Shown: one piece after another, positions 38,348 to 48,956 of the stretch
Layout: the number at the start of each line of letters is the position of its first letter
How positions within the stretch are numbered: the stretch's first letter is position 1
From: Candidatus Heimdallarchaeota archaeon
GTDB taxonomy: Archaea > Asgardarchaeota > Heimdallarchaeia > Heimdallarchaeales > Heimdallarchaeaceae
Assembly (NCBI GenBank): GCA_018238545.1
Contig: JABCTC010000010.1
Span: 29,890-93,889, forward strand
Direction of reading: 5' to 3'
Length of the DNA: 64,000 nt
The notes under the pieces: model-generated
The model's database searches: none
Seen by the model: the letters and a program-made list of their open reading frames with translations, nothing else
Told to the model about the DNA's origin: nothing
Program-made: the position numbers and the translations under genes

Positions 38348-39716
38348 CTCTCTTTCTTTTTTTTATTAAGTCCATAGTTGCTAATACCGAAAAAATCTGA
38401 ATTCTAACCATTTCATTAATGCTAGAGTCCTGGATATTTGTTTCTGATTCAACTTCATGACTGATAGATTCTATTTCATTCTCAAATTGTAGGAGAAGGG
38501 AATTTCTTTTATTGTTACTAATTGCATTTGAATCTTTCACTAGTTGATGGAATGCTCCTAAAGTATTACAGCTATTATATCTCACTACTTTCTCATTACT
38601 ATATATCTCGCTTCTTGTTGCAAGTACATCCGACCCTTCCTTCCTCGTAATCTTCATTTCTTCTTTAATTTCTTTTCTCCAATTTTTGACTATTTCATCA
38701 ATCCTCATAAAATGTGCGTTTTTGTTGTTCAATTTATCTTTATACTTATTCCAGATAGGTTCTATGTAATCAAGGATTTCAAGTATAATTCGATTGCTTT
38801 CAAGAAATGTCTCTTTTTTTGTTTTTTCACCTATTTCTAGATTATTCAATTCCAAATCATAGTAAAGAGGCATTTCTGGGACTAAAGCTATCCCCTTCGG
38901 ATTCTGTTCTAAATAATAACCAACGGAGAATTCCCCTCTTCTTAAAGTACTACTGTCCATACCTTCTTGAATATAATCACTAATCATTTCTTTTGTAGTA
39001 TAAACTCTATAAAATCCAGGGCGATATGCCCATCCTTCTTCAACAAAAAATGGCGTTCCTTTTTGCAAGGGTATAACAGATTTTTCTACAAAACTCTCAA
39101 TTTCATCAAAGAGTTTAACATAATTATTGCTGAAATAGAAGTGAATCCCAGAAAACTGGATACTATGTAATGTTACGAAGAGATCAGGTTTGTAAGAATC
39201 TATTATTTTTCGAAGGATATTTGTTTCATTCATTGTTGTCGAGTAAGAGTAGTGTTTTGTATTTATCGGGAATGACCAGTCAATGTCCTCTTTGTCGGGT
39301 CTATGATAGCGGTTTAAGAAAAACTTCTTATGATTAAAAGGTCCCTTCAACCACCCTCTATTTAAGTATAAACCATCCGGATCAATACAAGGAATCAAAA
39401 AGAAAGTAAAATCCTTTCCTAGCTCTCTATTGTTTGATATTAGCTCACCTAAGGCATCAACTGTCATAGTACCTATTGGTTCATCTGAATGAGGTAGACC
39501 ATAGATGAGGACTTTGATTGGTCCTTTACCCATTGTATAGCCAAATATCTCTGTTTTTTTGGTGGAGTTACCAATGTGTTTTTTCTCGAAAGCTGGTCTT
39601 TCATCCATTCTTGATATAAGTTCTTGGTAAAAAAAATATTCAGTATACTTCTGAGGAGAACAATCAATCAATCCTGAGATTCCCTCTTCTTGCATACAAA
39701 CATGAAGAGAGAACAT
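38340..39716 (-). CDS. M14 zinc carboxypeptidase family protein
   Basis: PHSDEPIG (HxxE), CIDPDG, TLHS and LVPE; start uncertain. Confidence 0.82.
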   Translation of the reverse strand: MFSLHVCMQEEGISGLIDCSPQKYTEYFFYQELISRMDERPAFEKKHIGNSTKKTEIFGYTMGKGPIKVLIYGLPHSDEPIGTMTVDALGELISNNRELGKDFTFFLIPCIDPDGLYLNRGWLKGPFNHKKFFLNRYHRPDKEDIDWSFPINTKHYSYSTTMNETNILRKIIDSYKPDLFVTLHSIQFSGIHFYFSNNYVKLFDEIESFVEKSVIPLQKGTPFFVEEGWAYRPGFYRVYTTKEMISDYIQEGMDSSTLRRGEFSVGYYLEQNPKGIALVPEMPLYYDLELNNLEIGEKTKKETFLESNRIILEILDYIEPIWNKYKDKLNNKNAHFMRIDEIVKNWRKEIKEEMKITRKEGSDVLATRSEIYSNEKVVRYNSCNTLGAFHQLVKDSNAISNNKRNSLLLQFENEIESISHEVESETNIQDSSINEMVRIQIFSVLATMDLIKKRKRVS

Positions 39717-39799
39717 GTATTAATTTCTATCTGATGAAATTATTCAAAGCTCTCCAACATATTTTTAAGAAAGCAATTAGAAAGCCAAACGAACAGGAC

Positions 39800-40925
39800 A
39801 TGAGCGACAAAGTTAAAGTGGGAATAGTAGGTTTAGGTAGAATTAGTTCTCTGCATTTGGAAGCTTATAGTGAGAAATACAAGTTAGATGCAGAACTTGT
39901 TGCAGTGTGTGATAAAAATAAGAAGAGAGCTGAGAATATAGCTAAAGAATACAACATTGAGGGCGTGTATACAAATTATGCAAAATTCCTTAAAGATGAG
40001 AATATTGATGCTGTTGAAATCTTGACACCACATAAAATTCAGACAAAACAAACCATTCTAGCAGCTGAAGCTGGAAAACATATTTCTCTGTAGAAGGTTC
40101 CTTGTTTAACTTTGTCAGACATGGATAAAATGATTGAAGCAACTAAAAAGAACCAAGTGAAATTCAGGATTTTTGAAAACTTCAGGTTCTATCCCCCGTA
40201 TCAGTTTGCAATGGATCTTATTAACAAAGGTGTAATTGGTAAAACAGAGCGTGTAGACTATAGAATGTGGAACGCTTTAAGTGCTCTTTCTGAATGGAAA
40301 GTCCCCTTTATCTTCATGGACATGGAGATTTAGTGAGGAAGAAAATTATAACTCTCCACAACTTTTTGATGATGGTTATCACAAACACAGTATAATATCA
40401 CAGTTCTTAGGGAAACCAATAGATTCAGTACTAACATGGCAGGGAAATTTTAGAATTAAAGGCGTGCTAAAACATGATACTCCTTCAGTAGTTATCTATT
40501 CGTGTAAAAATAAATCTCACTATGCAACATGGAATGTAAGTAATCACAAATTCCTACCAATGGATTCAGATTACTATGCATGTGATGAATATGTAGAGAT
40601 AGTGGGTGAAAAAGGAGCTATTTTTATTCCAGGGTGCACAGGCAATTTCTTTGAAAACTGTGGTTCTAGTGCTCCAGGTCAAGCTGGTGTTCATTGGGTT
40701 GATGAGAAAGGTGAGTGACACTCAAATACGGAGATGAAAACTGATTGGATGTCTTCCTTTGTAAATTGTTCAAGAGAATTTATAGAAGGAATAAAAGAAG
40801 ATAGAGAAATTGAACTTAATCCGAAGGAAGCCAGATATATCCTTAAAATAGGTTTGGCAATAATCCGTTCTGTTAGAAATAGCTTTAAGGAAATTAAAAT
40901 AAAAGATATTGTAAATACGCCTTAA
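39800..40925 (+). pseudogene. Gfo/Idh/MocA oxidoreductase interrupted by two stops and a frameshift
   Basis: VGIVGLGRIS...AGKHISL*KVP (TAG 40091); +1 shift near 40307; GE*HS (TGA 40716); the four ORF pieces join into one protein. Confidence 0.85.
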
Positions 40926-41025
40926 TCCTATGATTGAGTTTTCTCATTTGCTCTAAACACTTCTTTTAGTATTTTCCCGCAAAACATTGTGATTCTACAT
41001 CTAAATAATGTTATTTCAGAATATT

Positions 41026-41793
41026 CTACAGAAGGTAGTCTAAAGCTAAATCTCCCATTCTGACGAAAATCGCTTGTTTAGATTTCATATATCTAATAAA
41101 GCGGTCTAAAACACTTATTCTGTAAGCGTGACCTATGCAACTTGGATGACATGTTAATGTTAGAACCTTCCTATTTTCTTCAAGATCTTCCATTTCTAGT
41201 AATGCATCAAATTGTGATTTCCAAATATCAAAGACTTCAGTTGGTGATTTTTGGTGATGCTCAAATAGTACCCAATCATCTAAAAACCATTCAACGGGGA
41301 ACTCTACCAAGTTTTTAGGTGACTCTGGAACTGAGTAGACATAAGGTCGATCTTCATCCATTAAAGAAGAATCGTACATATATCCCATCTCTGCAATTAT
41401 GGTTAATGTATTCTTTGACAGTTTCCAATAAGGAGCTCTAAAACCTTTAATCTTCCCTACTATGCTTTCAAGTATTTGGTGAGTATGTTCATGAACTATT
41501 ATTTCTTCATTAAATTCTAGCTTGTCTAGATGTTCATGTAGATATCCATGGGCTGCAATTTCATGTTCGGCGTTAGTAATTTCATTAATACGCAGCGGGT
41601 ATTTTTCAGCAACCCAACCGCAAACAAAGAAAGTTGACTTTATTTCATATTTAGCAAGAAGGGATAAGATTCTACTAAGCCCTCTTTGAATAGCAAATTG
41701 CCCCTTAGATATTCGAACTGGATCTTCTTTTTGTCTAATCTGAGCACTTTCTGCATCAAAATCAAAAGTTAAACAAACGTAAATATCACTCAT
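41026..41793 (-). CDS. Polysaccharide deacetylase (CE4, PuuE/HpPgdA-like)
   Basis: LTFDFD, TFFV, HEIAAHGYLHE, GFRAP, YDSS, LDDW and HP. Confidence 0.9.
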   Translation of the reverse strand: MSDIYVCLTFDFDAESAQIRQKEDPVRISKGQFAIQRGLSRILSLLAKYEIKSTFFVCGWVAEKYPLRINEITNAEHEIAAHGYLHEHLDKLEFNEEIIVHEHTHQILESIVGKIKGFRAPYWKLSKNTLTIIAEMGYMYDSSLMDEDRPYVYSVPESPKNLVEFPVEWFLDDWVLFEHHQKSPTEVFDIWKSQFDALLEMEDLEENRKVLTLTCHPSCIGHAYRISVLDRFIRYMKSKQAIFVRMGDLALDYLL

Positions 41794-41929
41794 GTATCCT
41801 CAAAATAATAATAGACAACGAATCAATTTTAATCTTTCCCTCAAATTAAATGATTCAGGTCTATTTGAATAAGAATCATCAAAGAAAGAAATATAAGGAT
41901 TTAAGTAAAACTAAAAGAAGTGAAAAACT

Positions 41930-42643
41930 ATGTCAAAGAACTTCGATTTCGATAAATATTGGATTGGAAAACTTGCAAAAGGGATTTCGGATGAAGTTGG
42001 AGATGAAATCGTAATTGAGGTTCTAGAAGGAAGTGAAAATCTCTCCCAGGAATCTCGTAGAGATGATGTTCTTGATTGGTCCGAAAAAGCTATAAGAAAA
42101 CTTGAATCATTAACAGATGATGAAGCGACAAAAAACATACTGTTAAGCTGTGCTTGTCATCAATCTCCAGAAGCATTACAGCCGTATAGAAATCTGTATG
42201 TTGAAACAGAAAATATCGATCTTGTACTTCAAAAGATGCAAGAAGATTTTGAGGTTTTTATCAAAGATAAACTGAAATTAGAAGATAAGTATGTTCAACA
42301 GATAATTGATAGGAAAATGGGATTTGCAGGTACAAAAGATGGAAACAAGATTATCGCCACAAAAACACCTAAGAGTGCCTTCATCAAAGAGTGGTTCGAG
42401 GAAACAGACCCTACCAAGAAACGTGCACTGTTTTGTCACTGTCCAAGAATTAGAGATGCGCTTGTAGACCAAGAAAAAACTCTTCCCAAAAGTTACTGTT
42501 ACTGTGGTGGTGGATATTACCAGAACATCTGGGAAACAATACTTCAGAAACCTGTTGATATAGAAATTTTGGAAACTGTTATACACGGTGATGAAGTATG
42601 TAAATACGCTATTCATCTACCAGACATGAAAGAAAGTTTATAG
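41930..42643 (+). CDS. Cys-rich conserved protein (DUF6144/V4R-like)
   Basis: CACH, FCHCP, YCYCGGG and ETVIHGDEVC. Confidence 0.6.
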   Translation: MSKNFDFDKYWIGKLAKGISDEVGDEIVIEVLEGSENLSQESRRDDVLDWSEKAIRKLESLTDDEATKNILLSCACHQSPEALQPYRNLYVETENIDLVLQKMQEDFEVFIKDKLKLEDKYVQQIIDRKMGFAGTKDGNKIIATKTPKSAFIKEWFEETDPTKKRALFCHCPRIRDALVDQEKTLPKSYCYCGGGYYQNIWETILQKPVDIEILETVIHGDEVCKYAIHLPDMKESL

Positions 42644-43450
42644 TCTTATGAACTTTTTACTGCCACAATTTGGACAACCTTGAGATGAACAATTAGAACA
42701 AATGTAACTTCCGCATTTAGAACACTTTGAATTAGCAATGCTTTTACAGCTTAAGCATTTCTTTTGCGCCAAACGAGCTCGAAATTTGTATAATCCATAA
42801 ACGAGTGCTACAGCTGCTCCAAGACCTCCTACAACTTCTAGAATTGTCAGCAATACTCTAGTTGTTGGGGACATAGTTTGACTTGGATTTTCTGAATTTT
42901 CTACTAATGTAGCAATTTTACTACTCATTGTAGGCCATGTCTCTTCCACTGTGAAACCAGAATCACTCCAATGAATGTTTCCTTGTTGATCGATGATGTA
43001 AAAGGTAGGTATTGATCCTGAACCGTAAATAGCAGATATTGAACCATCTGTATCTCTACCAACTATCCAGTCCATATTATTATCGTGACGGAATTGAGAA
43101 ACAAGGGATTGTGATTCAGAACTATCAACATCTATGGAGATAATTCGTACCACATCCTCAGAATATCTGAGATATAACTCTCGTAAGTAAGGAAGCGCAA
43201 CGCCACACGGTGGGCACCAAGTAGCAAATAAATCAAGAACTACAACTTGACCAATTAGGTCATTTAGTGAATAAGTAATGCTTGTATCGACATCTGTAAT
43301 GGTGAAATCAGAAGCAATTTCCTTGATTTGATGTATCTCAGTTTGAATAGTATTTTCTGAAAAAGATTCAACTAAACTGAAATTGTAAGAGCTAAAGATT
43401 AAGGTAACAAGGATTATTGGTAATAGTAGCAAAGTCTTCTTCCTATTCAT
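42638..43450 (-). CDS. TlpA/ResA-like thioredoxin with signal peptide, C-terminal TM and Cys8 zinc-finger tail
   Basis: FATWCPPC, SIPTFYIIDQQG; TM followed by four CxxC pairs. Confidence 0.85.
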   Translation of the reverse strand: MNRKKTLLLLPIILVTLIFSSYNFSLVESFSENTIQTEIHQIKEIASDFTITDVDTSITYSLNDLIGQVVVLDLFATWCPPCGVALPYLRELYLRYSEDVVRIISIDVDSSESQSLVSQFRHDNNMDWIVGRDTDGSISAIYGSGSIPTFYIIDQQGNIHWSDSGFTVEETWPTMSSKIATLVENSENPSQTMSPTTRVLLTILEVVGGLGAAVALVYGLYKFRARLAQKKCLSCKSIANSKCSKCGSYICSNCSSQGCPNCGSKKFIRL

Positions 43451-43616
43451 ATTTTAAACAAAAAAGGTTGTTATTTGAATATTTCTAACTACCAAATTTA
43501 TTTGTTCTAAGTGGAATGTGAATTCTTAATAAAATAATTAAATTAATAAAGAGGGATGAGTAAAAAATATTAGTACATGTGAAAAGACTAGGGAAGAGAA
43601 ATTTAGGTGTGATATT

Positions 43617-44072
43617 ATGTATTGTGATAATTGTGGTGCAAAAGTGGAAAAGGGAAAGAAATTTTGCGATAACTGTGGTTCGACAGTAAGAAAGGCAAAA
43701 CCTGCTGATTACAAAGAAGTAGAGAAGAACATTAGTGCTAAAAACGAACATCTTCCTTACCAACCAACTCCTCCTGCTTTACAACGAAAAAGTATCTCAG
43801 TAGCTCTGATATCCTTATTTCTTCCAGGAATTGGGCACCTTTATGTAGATAAATTATTTGGCGGTCTAGGTTTCTTTTTTGGAGCAATTGGAATTGGTAC
43901 TGTTGCAGGAGCATTACTTGATTGGGGGGGGACTTACGCAGCATATGCGGTGTTTGCAATACTGGGAATTTATCTCATAGGGGGAAATATATACATTGTA
44001 CTGCTGATAAGGAGATACAACAAATTCCTAGATAAAAACCTTAGGAAACCAACACCTAAAGAAAAATGGTAA
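43617..44072 (+). CDS. Zinc-ribbon + TM2-like membrane protein (copy 1)
   Basis: MYCDNCG...FCDNCG; SLFLPGIGHLYV. Confidence 0.8.
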   Translation: MYCDNCGAKVEKGKKFCDNCGSTVRKAKPADYKEVEKNISAKNEHLPYQPTPPALQRKSISVALISLFLPGIGHLYVDKLFGGLGFFFGAIGIGTVAGALLDWGGTYAAYAVFAILGIYLIGGNIYIVLLIRRYNKFLDKNLRKPTPKEKW

Positions 44073-44133
44073 ATATGAGCGAGTAAAACCAATTAATATA
44101 TACAAGAACTAGGACAGAGAAACTAAGGGTGAA

Positions 44134-44598
44134 ATGATGTATTGTGATAATTGTGGTGCAAAAGTTGCAGATGGAAAAATTTTTTGTGATAACTGTGGAT
44201 CTAAAGTAGGAAAGGTGAAAATGTCCGATTATTTGAAATTAAAAAAGAATGCTAGTTCTACAGGCGAACACATTCCTTATCAGCCAACACCTCCTGCAAT
44301 GGAACATAAAAGTCCAATAATAGCCGTTATATTAGCTACAATTATTTTTCCAGGTGTGGGACAGATTTATGTTAACAAAGCTCTAAGAGGTTTTGGTTAT
44401 CTAGCAGGATTTATTGCAATTCTATTTCTAGCTATTGTTGCTTCCAATAGAAGCTGGGCTTCTGTGACATTAGGATTATTCATCTTACTAAGTCTCTATT
44501 ATCTTTGGATTCATATTGATGCTGTTCTTCTTGTAAGAAGATATAACAAATTCTTAGACAAAAATCTTAGGAAACCTAAATCTAAGGAAAAATGGTAA
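44134..44598 (+). CDS. Zinc-ribbon + TM2-like membrane protein (copy 2)
   Basis: Same N-terminus, PYQPTPPA and C-terminal RRYNKFLDKNLRKP..KEKW as copy 1. Confidence 0.8.
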   Translation: MMYCDNCGAKVADGKIFCDNCGSKVGKVKMSDYLKLKKNASSTGEHIPYQPTPPAMEHKSPIIAVILATIIFPGVGQIYVNKALRGFGYLAGFIAILFLAIVASNRSWASVTLGLFILLSLYYLWIHIDAVLLVRRYNKFLDKNLRKPKSKEKW

Positions 44599-44605
44599 TT
44601 AGTAG

Positions 44606-45850
44606 TTATTTTTGCATTAATAGAATTAGGGTGGACCAACCAAAATTCTCTGCTCCACCACCCTCTCCTGTGATTGGATTATAGAATTCTCTAAATCCTG
44701 ACTTTTTGATGAGATTGAGAGTCTTTTCTGTGAGTTCTTTAGCAATTTTTGTCTCTTTATGTCTCTTCAATCCATTCCATAGAAAGAAATTTGTATTTAT
44801 CCAAGTGGGTCCCCTCCATAATAATGGTATATCCTTAGGATTGAATGTTTTTTCATCCATTGATACAGTTGGAACGGGGTATTTTGGCCAGAACTCTTTA
44901 GGATCTGTTAGGTGTGAAATAAGATTTTGTTCTATGTCCTTAGGTATGTTTAACAATAAAGGCATTAGTGATGTGATGGTTTTTACGTGAACTTGTTCAT
45001 TTCCTTGATTCTTTACATCTAAATCATAAAACAAACCATCTTTTTCATTCCAACAATGCTCCACTAAGCTTTGCAAAATACTATCAGATTTTTCTCTAAT
45101 AAACACAGCTTCTTCATTCATTTTAAGAGCATCTAGAACGGAAGAGAAGGATTCCATTCCCCATGCGCATAATGTATTAGTTAAAACACATTTTACCTTA
45201 AATGAGGATTTTCTTGCCATGTTTTCCTGATTCCAATCATGTCTTTGGGATTCCTTCAGTAAATTCCTCATTCGTAACCATTGTCTGGTTCTCATAAACC
45301 TTCTATTAGTGAGTTTTAAATCAAACTTTGGAGAGGAATCTAACCCACTCTCCCAAGGATGAATTATAGTTATCAAATTGCTAGAATCTGGATCTCTAAC
45401 CCTTAAAATGAATTTATAATAATTCAAAACCTCTTCAGATATCTCTCTGATTTGTTCAACATCAATTCCATTTTTCTGCAGCTTTCTCAATGAGAAACCA
45501 ATTAATGGAGGTTGAATAAGTTCGGAGTAATTTTTAGATGGATAAAGTGTATCAAAGAACCACCAATAGATATTTCTGATTCTTTTCCAAAATATCATGT
45601 GTGGAAAGAAAGGTTTGTCCCCTTTCCCAAATGCTAAACTTTCAAGTTCTTGAAGAGCTCTTTTCTTTTCTCCCAATTCAGACCATACTAAACTATGAAG
45701 GCAACTATCCCAAAACCATTGTTGTGAGTAAATACCTGGACTTGGAGCTGTATAGGTTATCTGTTTTGTTATCCCTCTTCTGATTGTTGTTTCGTTAATT
45801 GAATTAGCCGTAAGTAATTCCTTAATTTCAACAATAAGCTCTTTATGCAT
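44606..45850 (-). CDS. (alpha/alpha)6 glycoside hydrolase, GH63/MGH1/trehalase-like
   Basis: QWFWDS, IQPP, HPWESGLDSSP, WRGPTWIN, GFREFYNP.TGEG and FGWS. Confidence 0.88.
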   Translation of the reverse strand: MHKELIVEIKELLTANSINETTIRRGITKQITYTAPSPGIYSQQWFWDSCLHSLVWSELGEKKRALQELESLAFGKGDKPFFPHMIFWKRIRNIYWWFFDTLYPSKNYSELIQPPLIGFSLRKLQKNGIDVEQIREISEEVLNYYKFILRVRDPDSSNLITIIHPWESGLDSSPKFDLKLTNRRFMRTRQWLRMRNLLKESQRHDWNQENMARKSSFKVKCVLTNTLCAWGMESFSSVLDALKMNEEAVFIREKSDSILQSLVEHCWNEKDGLFYDLDVKNQGNEQVHVKTITSLMPLLLNIPKDIEQNLISHLTDPKEFWPKYPVPTVSMDEKTFNPKDIPLLWRGPTWINTNFFLWNGLKRHKETKIAKELTEKTLNLIKKSGFREFYNPITGEGGGAENFGWSTLILLMQK

Positions 45851-45929
45851 GATATCTGTAATAATATAATAGTATTTGACTTTTTACTGTTTGTAAAAGA
45901 GGAAAAAAGAAAATATGAGATGAAGGTGT

Positions 45930-47402
45930 TTAGTAACTTCTCGCAATGTATATGGTTTCTTTAGCGGGCTTTCCGCATACAACGCATTTTTCGAATTTGT
46001 GTTTTTCAGAATCTACACGTTTCCCTCGTACGAAAGCTTTTACTTCTTTTTCTATTGCTTCTGCACAAGGTTCTCCATCAAGATCTATTGAACAGAAACC
46101 ACTACAGACGATTTTATTCTCACCAATAGCTTTCTTCACTTCATCAACAGTTTCCGCTAATTGAACTTGAGATTCAAATTGAATTGAATATTTCTCTTTA
46201 AGCTCTTTAGTGAAATTGCTCGCATAGTTTGATGCATAATTCTTCAAGTCAACTAGCTTAACTCTTTCTTTCTTACCAGAGATCCTATTTACTGCAACAA
46301 CCTGTTCATTTTGTATATCCTTGGGACCAATTTCAATTCTTAATGGAACACCTTTGAGTTCCCACTCATTGAACTTTTCTCCAGGACTGACATAATCTCT
46401 GTCATCTAATTTGACTATTGTTTCTTTCATATATTTCTTCAAATTAGTTTCCAGTTCTCTAGCTTTAACCAATACTTCATCTTTAGTAGTAGACCTGTAG
46501 ATAGGAATGATAACTACTTGAATTGGTGCTAAATCCCAAGGTAAAACTAGCCCATTGTCATCTCCGAGTAAAGCTATCATAGCTCCATAAATACGGCTGA
46601 TCGCTGGACCATAACAAGTTATGTAACCATATTGTTCTTCATTGTTCTCATCTATGAATTTAACATCGAAGGGTATTGAGAAATTTTGACCTAGCAGATG
46701 TGTCGAGGGTAATTGTAAGACTTTGCCTGAATCCATTAGAGCATCTGCTGCATAGGTGTGCACAGCTCCAGGAAACTTATCCCATTCAGGTCTCTGGAAG
46801 AAAATAATGGGTATAGCAAATTCATCTTGTAGCATCTCGTAGGTTGTTTCCATATCCTCGAAAACTTGCTGTTTTGCTTCTTCCTCTGTTGCGAATACAT
46901 CATGTGATTCTATCCAGTGAAATTCTCTAGCTCTGAAAAAAGCTCGAGTATCTGCTCCTTCATACCGGAACACTTGACCTGACACATAACGCTTGAAAGG
47001 TAAATCATTGTAACTTCTTATCCATAGAGAATACATCTGATACAAAGCGGTTTCACTAGTCGGTCGTAAGGCTAATCTTTCCTCTAATTCCTTATCTCCA
47101 CCATGAGTTACCCAAAAAACTCCCGGCGAGAAACCTTCAACATGCTTTGATTCTAACTTGAAATTTCTTTCAGGAATCAAAGTAGGCATGATTAAAGGCA
47201 GGTGACCCTTTCTTTCTAGTGTTTCTTCATATATTCTATACATTTTACGGATAGTTATGCTAGCCCAAGCTCTATAAGGTACCAATCCTCTGACATTGTA
47301 TCTTATATCTGCTAGTTCTGCTTTTTGAATTAACTCAGTATACCATTGAGAAAAATCTTCGCTTTTCTTAACAGAGATACCTTTCATTTTTTCTTTAGAC
47401 AT
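45930..47402 (-). CDS. proS: Proline--tRNA ligase, archaeal/eukaryotic type
   Basis: DFSQWY, LALRPTSET, FRYE...FFRAREFHW.E.H, HLLGQNFS, GVPLRIEIGP; C-terminal CVVCG and ARSY. Confidence 0.97.
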   Translation of the reverse strand: MSKEKMKGISVKKSEDFSQWYTELIQKAELADIRYNVRGLVPYRAWASITIRKMYRIYEETLERKGHLPLIMPTLIPERNFKLESKHVEGFSPGVFWVTHGGDKELEERLALRPTSETALYQMYSLWIRSYNDLPFKRYVSGQVFRYEGADTRAFFRAREFHWIESHDVFATEEEAKQQVFEDMETTYEMLQDEFAIPIIFFQRPEWDKFPGAVHTYAADALMDSGKVLQLPSTHLLGQNFSIPFDVKFIDENNEEQYGYITCYGPAISRIYGAMIALLGDDNGLVLPWDLAPIQVVIIPIYRSTTKDEVLVKARELETNLKKYMKETIVKLDDRDYVSPGEKFNEWELKGVPLRIEIGPKDIQNEQVVAVNRISGKKERVKLVDLKNYASNYASNFTKELKEKYSIQFESQVQLAETVDEVKKAIGENKIVCSGFCSIDLDGEPCAEAIEKEVKAFVRGKRVDSEKHKFEKCVVCGKPAKETIYIARSY

Positions 47403-47494
47403 AATATCAATCTCAAAGAAGCATAGGACTATATTAGTTTTTCAATTGATTATTTTTTTCAAAGAAGCTTAAAAAGAGAAAAAAATTGGGTGAT

Positions 47495-48010
47495 TTATAT
47501 CCCAAAAGGAGAATCCCAAGGTACTATTTCTGTTGTATTGTAAACGAAACTGTATTTGAAGATGTAGAAGTTTATTAGTAAACTAATTCCTATTTCTATT
47601 ATCAAATCTCCATCTTGAATCGCTAATATAGCTATCTCTTTTGTTATGTTTGTTTCAATGTACCCTGACCAGTTTGTTCCTGGTTTTATGTCTCCAAGTA
47701 AGTTTTCCCCTTCACCTAGAAGAAGACCGTTTAAACTGCTAATAAAGAAATTTGAACCGTAAATTTCTATAGTTATAGTTAAGTCTTGAAATTCATACAA
47801 ACCATCGTTTATTATCTCTACTGGAGTTCTAGTAACAATGAATCCTGTGAAATCCCAGAGTATATCGGGAGTAATGTTTACTGCAACTGTTGTATCGTCG
47901 ACAGTATATGAAACATTTTTGTAAGAAAAGAAGAGTGTTCCACCAAATGATCCGCCTAGGACAATAAATATAGTAAAAATGATTAAGAATATTTTCAATC
48001 CATTTTTCAT
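47495..48010 (-). CDS. Hypothetical membrane-anchored beta-rich protein
   Basis: N-terminal TM, then beta-strand pattern. Confidence 0.55.
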   Translation of the reverse strand: MKNGLKIFLIIFTIFIVLGGSFGGTLFFSYKNVSYTVDDTTVAVNITPDILWDFTGFIVTRTPVEIINDGLYEFQDLTITIEIYGSNFFISSLNGLLLGEGENLLGDIKPGTNWSGYIETNITKEIAILAIQDGDLIIEIGISLLINFYIFKYSFVYNTTEIVPWDSPFGI

Positions 48011-48128
48011 AACTCAGTAGTAAAATTATCAACTAAAAAACTTATTCTTTAAACAATTAAAGTATCTGACTTCATTTTTGAACACACTAAACTTATAATA
48101 TTGAGCTCCAACTTTTCCTTAGAACATT

Positions 48129-48136
48129 AAAGGAGG
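48129..48136 (+). promoter_or_regulatory. Strong Shine-Dalgarno sequence
   Basis: AAAGGAGG 7 nt before the ATG at 48144. Confidence 0.7.
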
Positions 48137-48143
48137 ATATCTA

Positions 48144-48953
48144 ATGTTACATGAAACTGGTATGGTTTTTGATATCAAACACTTTGCTGTTCATGATGGG
48201 CCAGGTATCAGAACCACCGTTTTCTTTAAAGGATGTCCTCTTAGCTGTTGGTGGTGTCATAATCCAGAAAGTAAAAATCCCAATCCTGAAAAGATAGAAG
48301 ATCCATTAAAGAAATTATCGGAAACGAGTAAAAAGTGTGGAAAAGAAATAGTTGGCAGAGAAGTTCAAGTTTCGGAAGTATTAGAGGAGCTGCTAAAAGA
48401 TGTGATTTTTTATGATGAATCAGGAGGTGGAGTAACATTTTCTGGAGGAGAACCTTTGATGCAACCAGATTTTCTTTCATCATTACTAAAAGAATGTAAG
48501 ATAAACGGTATCCACACTTGTATCGATACCTCTGGATATTCATCAAGACAAATTATTGATGTAATCATAAATAATGTAGATTTATTCCTATATGATTTGA
48601 AATTAGTGAATAACGAAGATCATGAGAAATATACTGGTGTTGGAAATGAAATGATCATGCAGAATTTGGAATATCTTTGTGAGTTACAAAAACCAGTAAT
48701 AATTCGTATTCCCATTATTCCTGGTATAACCGAAACAGATGACAATATTTTGCAACTAGGTGAGTATATTTCTGGATTGGATTGCGTTTTAAGAGTAGAT
48801 TTGTTACCATATAACCAGATGGGTGAGGAGAAATATCGAAGATTAGAAAAACCATATCTATTAAATAATATTAATCCTCCATCAAAGGAAAGGATGTTTC
48901 AAATAAAGGAAAAACTTGAAGTCTTTAACCTAAAGGTCAAAATTGGTGGGTAA
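48144..48953 (+). CDS. Glycyl-radical enzyme activating enzyme (radical SAM)
   Basis: HDGPGIRTTVFFKGCPLSCWWCHNPE, GGVTFSGGEP, DTSG, YDLK and RIPIIPG. Confidence 0.95.
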   Translation: MLHETGMVFDIKHFAVHDGPGIRTTVFFKGCPLSCWWCHNPESKNPNPEKIEDPLKKLSETSKKCGKEIVGREVQVSEVLEELLKDVIFYDESGGGVTFSGGEPLMQPDFLSSLLKECKINGIHTCIDTSGYSSRQIIDVIINNVDLFLYDLKLVNNEDHEKYTGVGNEMIMQNLEYLCELQKPVIIRIPIIPGITETDDNILQLGEYISGLDCVLRVDLLPYNQMGEEKYRRLEKPYLLNNINPPSKERMFQIKEKLEVFNLKVKIGG

Positions 48954-48956
48954 ATA

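Larger units (their letters stand above)
43560..44598 (+). repeat. Diverged tandem duplication (about 0.52 kb unit) of gene plus upstream region
   Basis: ATGTATTGTGATAATTGTGGTGCAAAAGT identical at 43617 and 44137; similar upstream (ACTAGG..AGAGAAA) and 3' ends. Confidence 0.85.
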
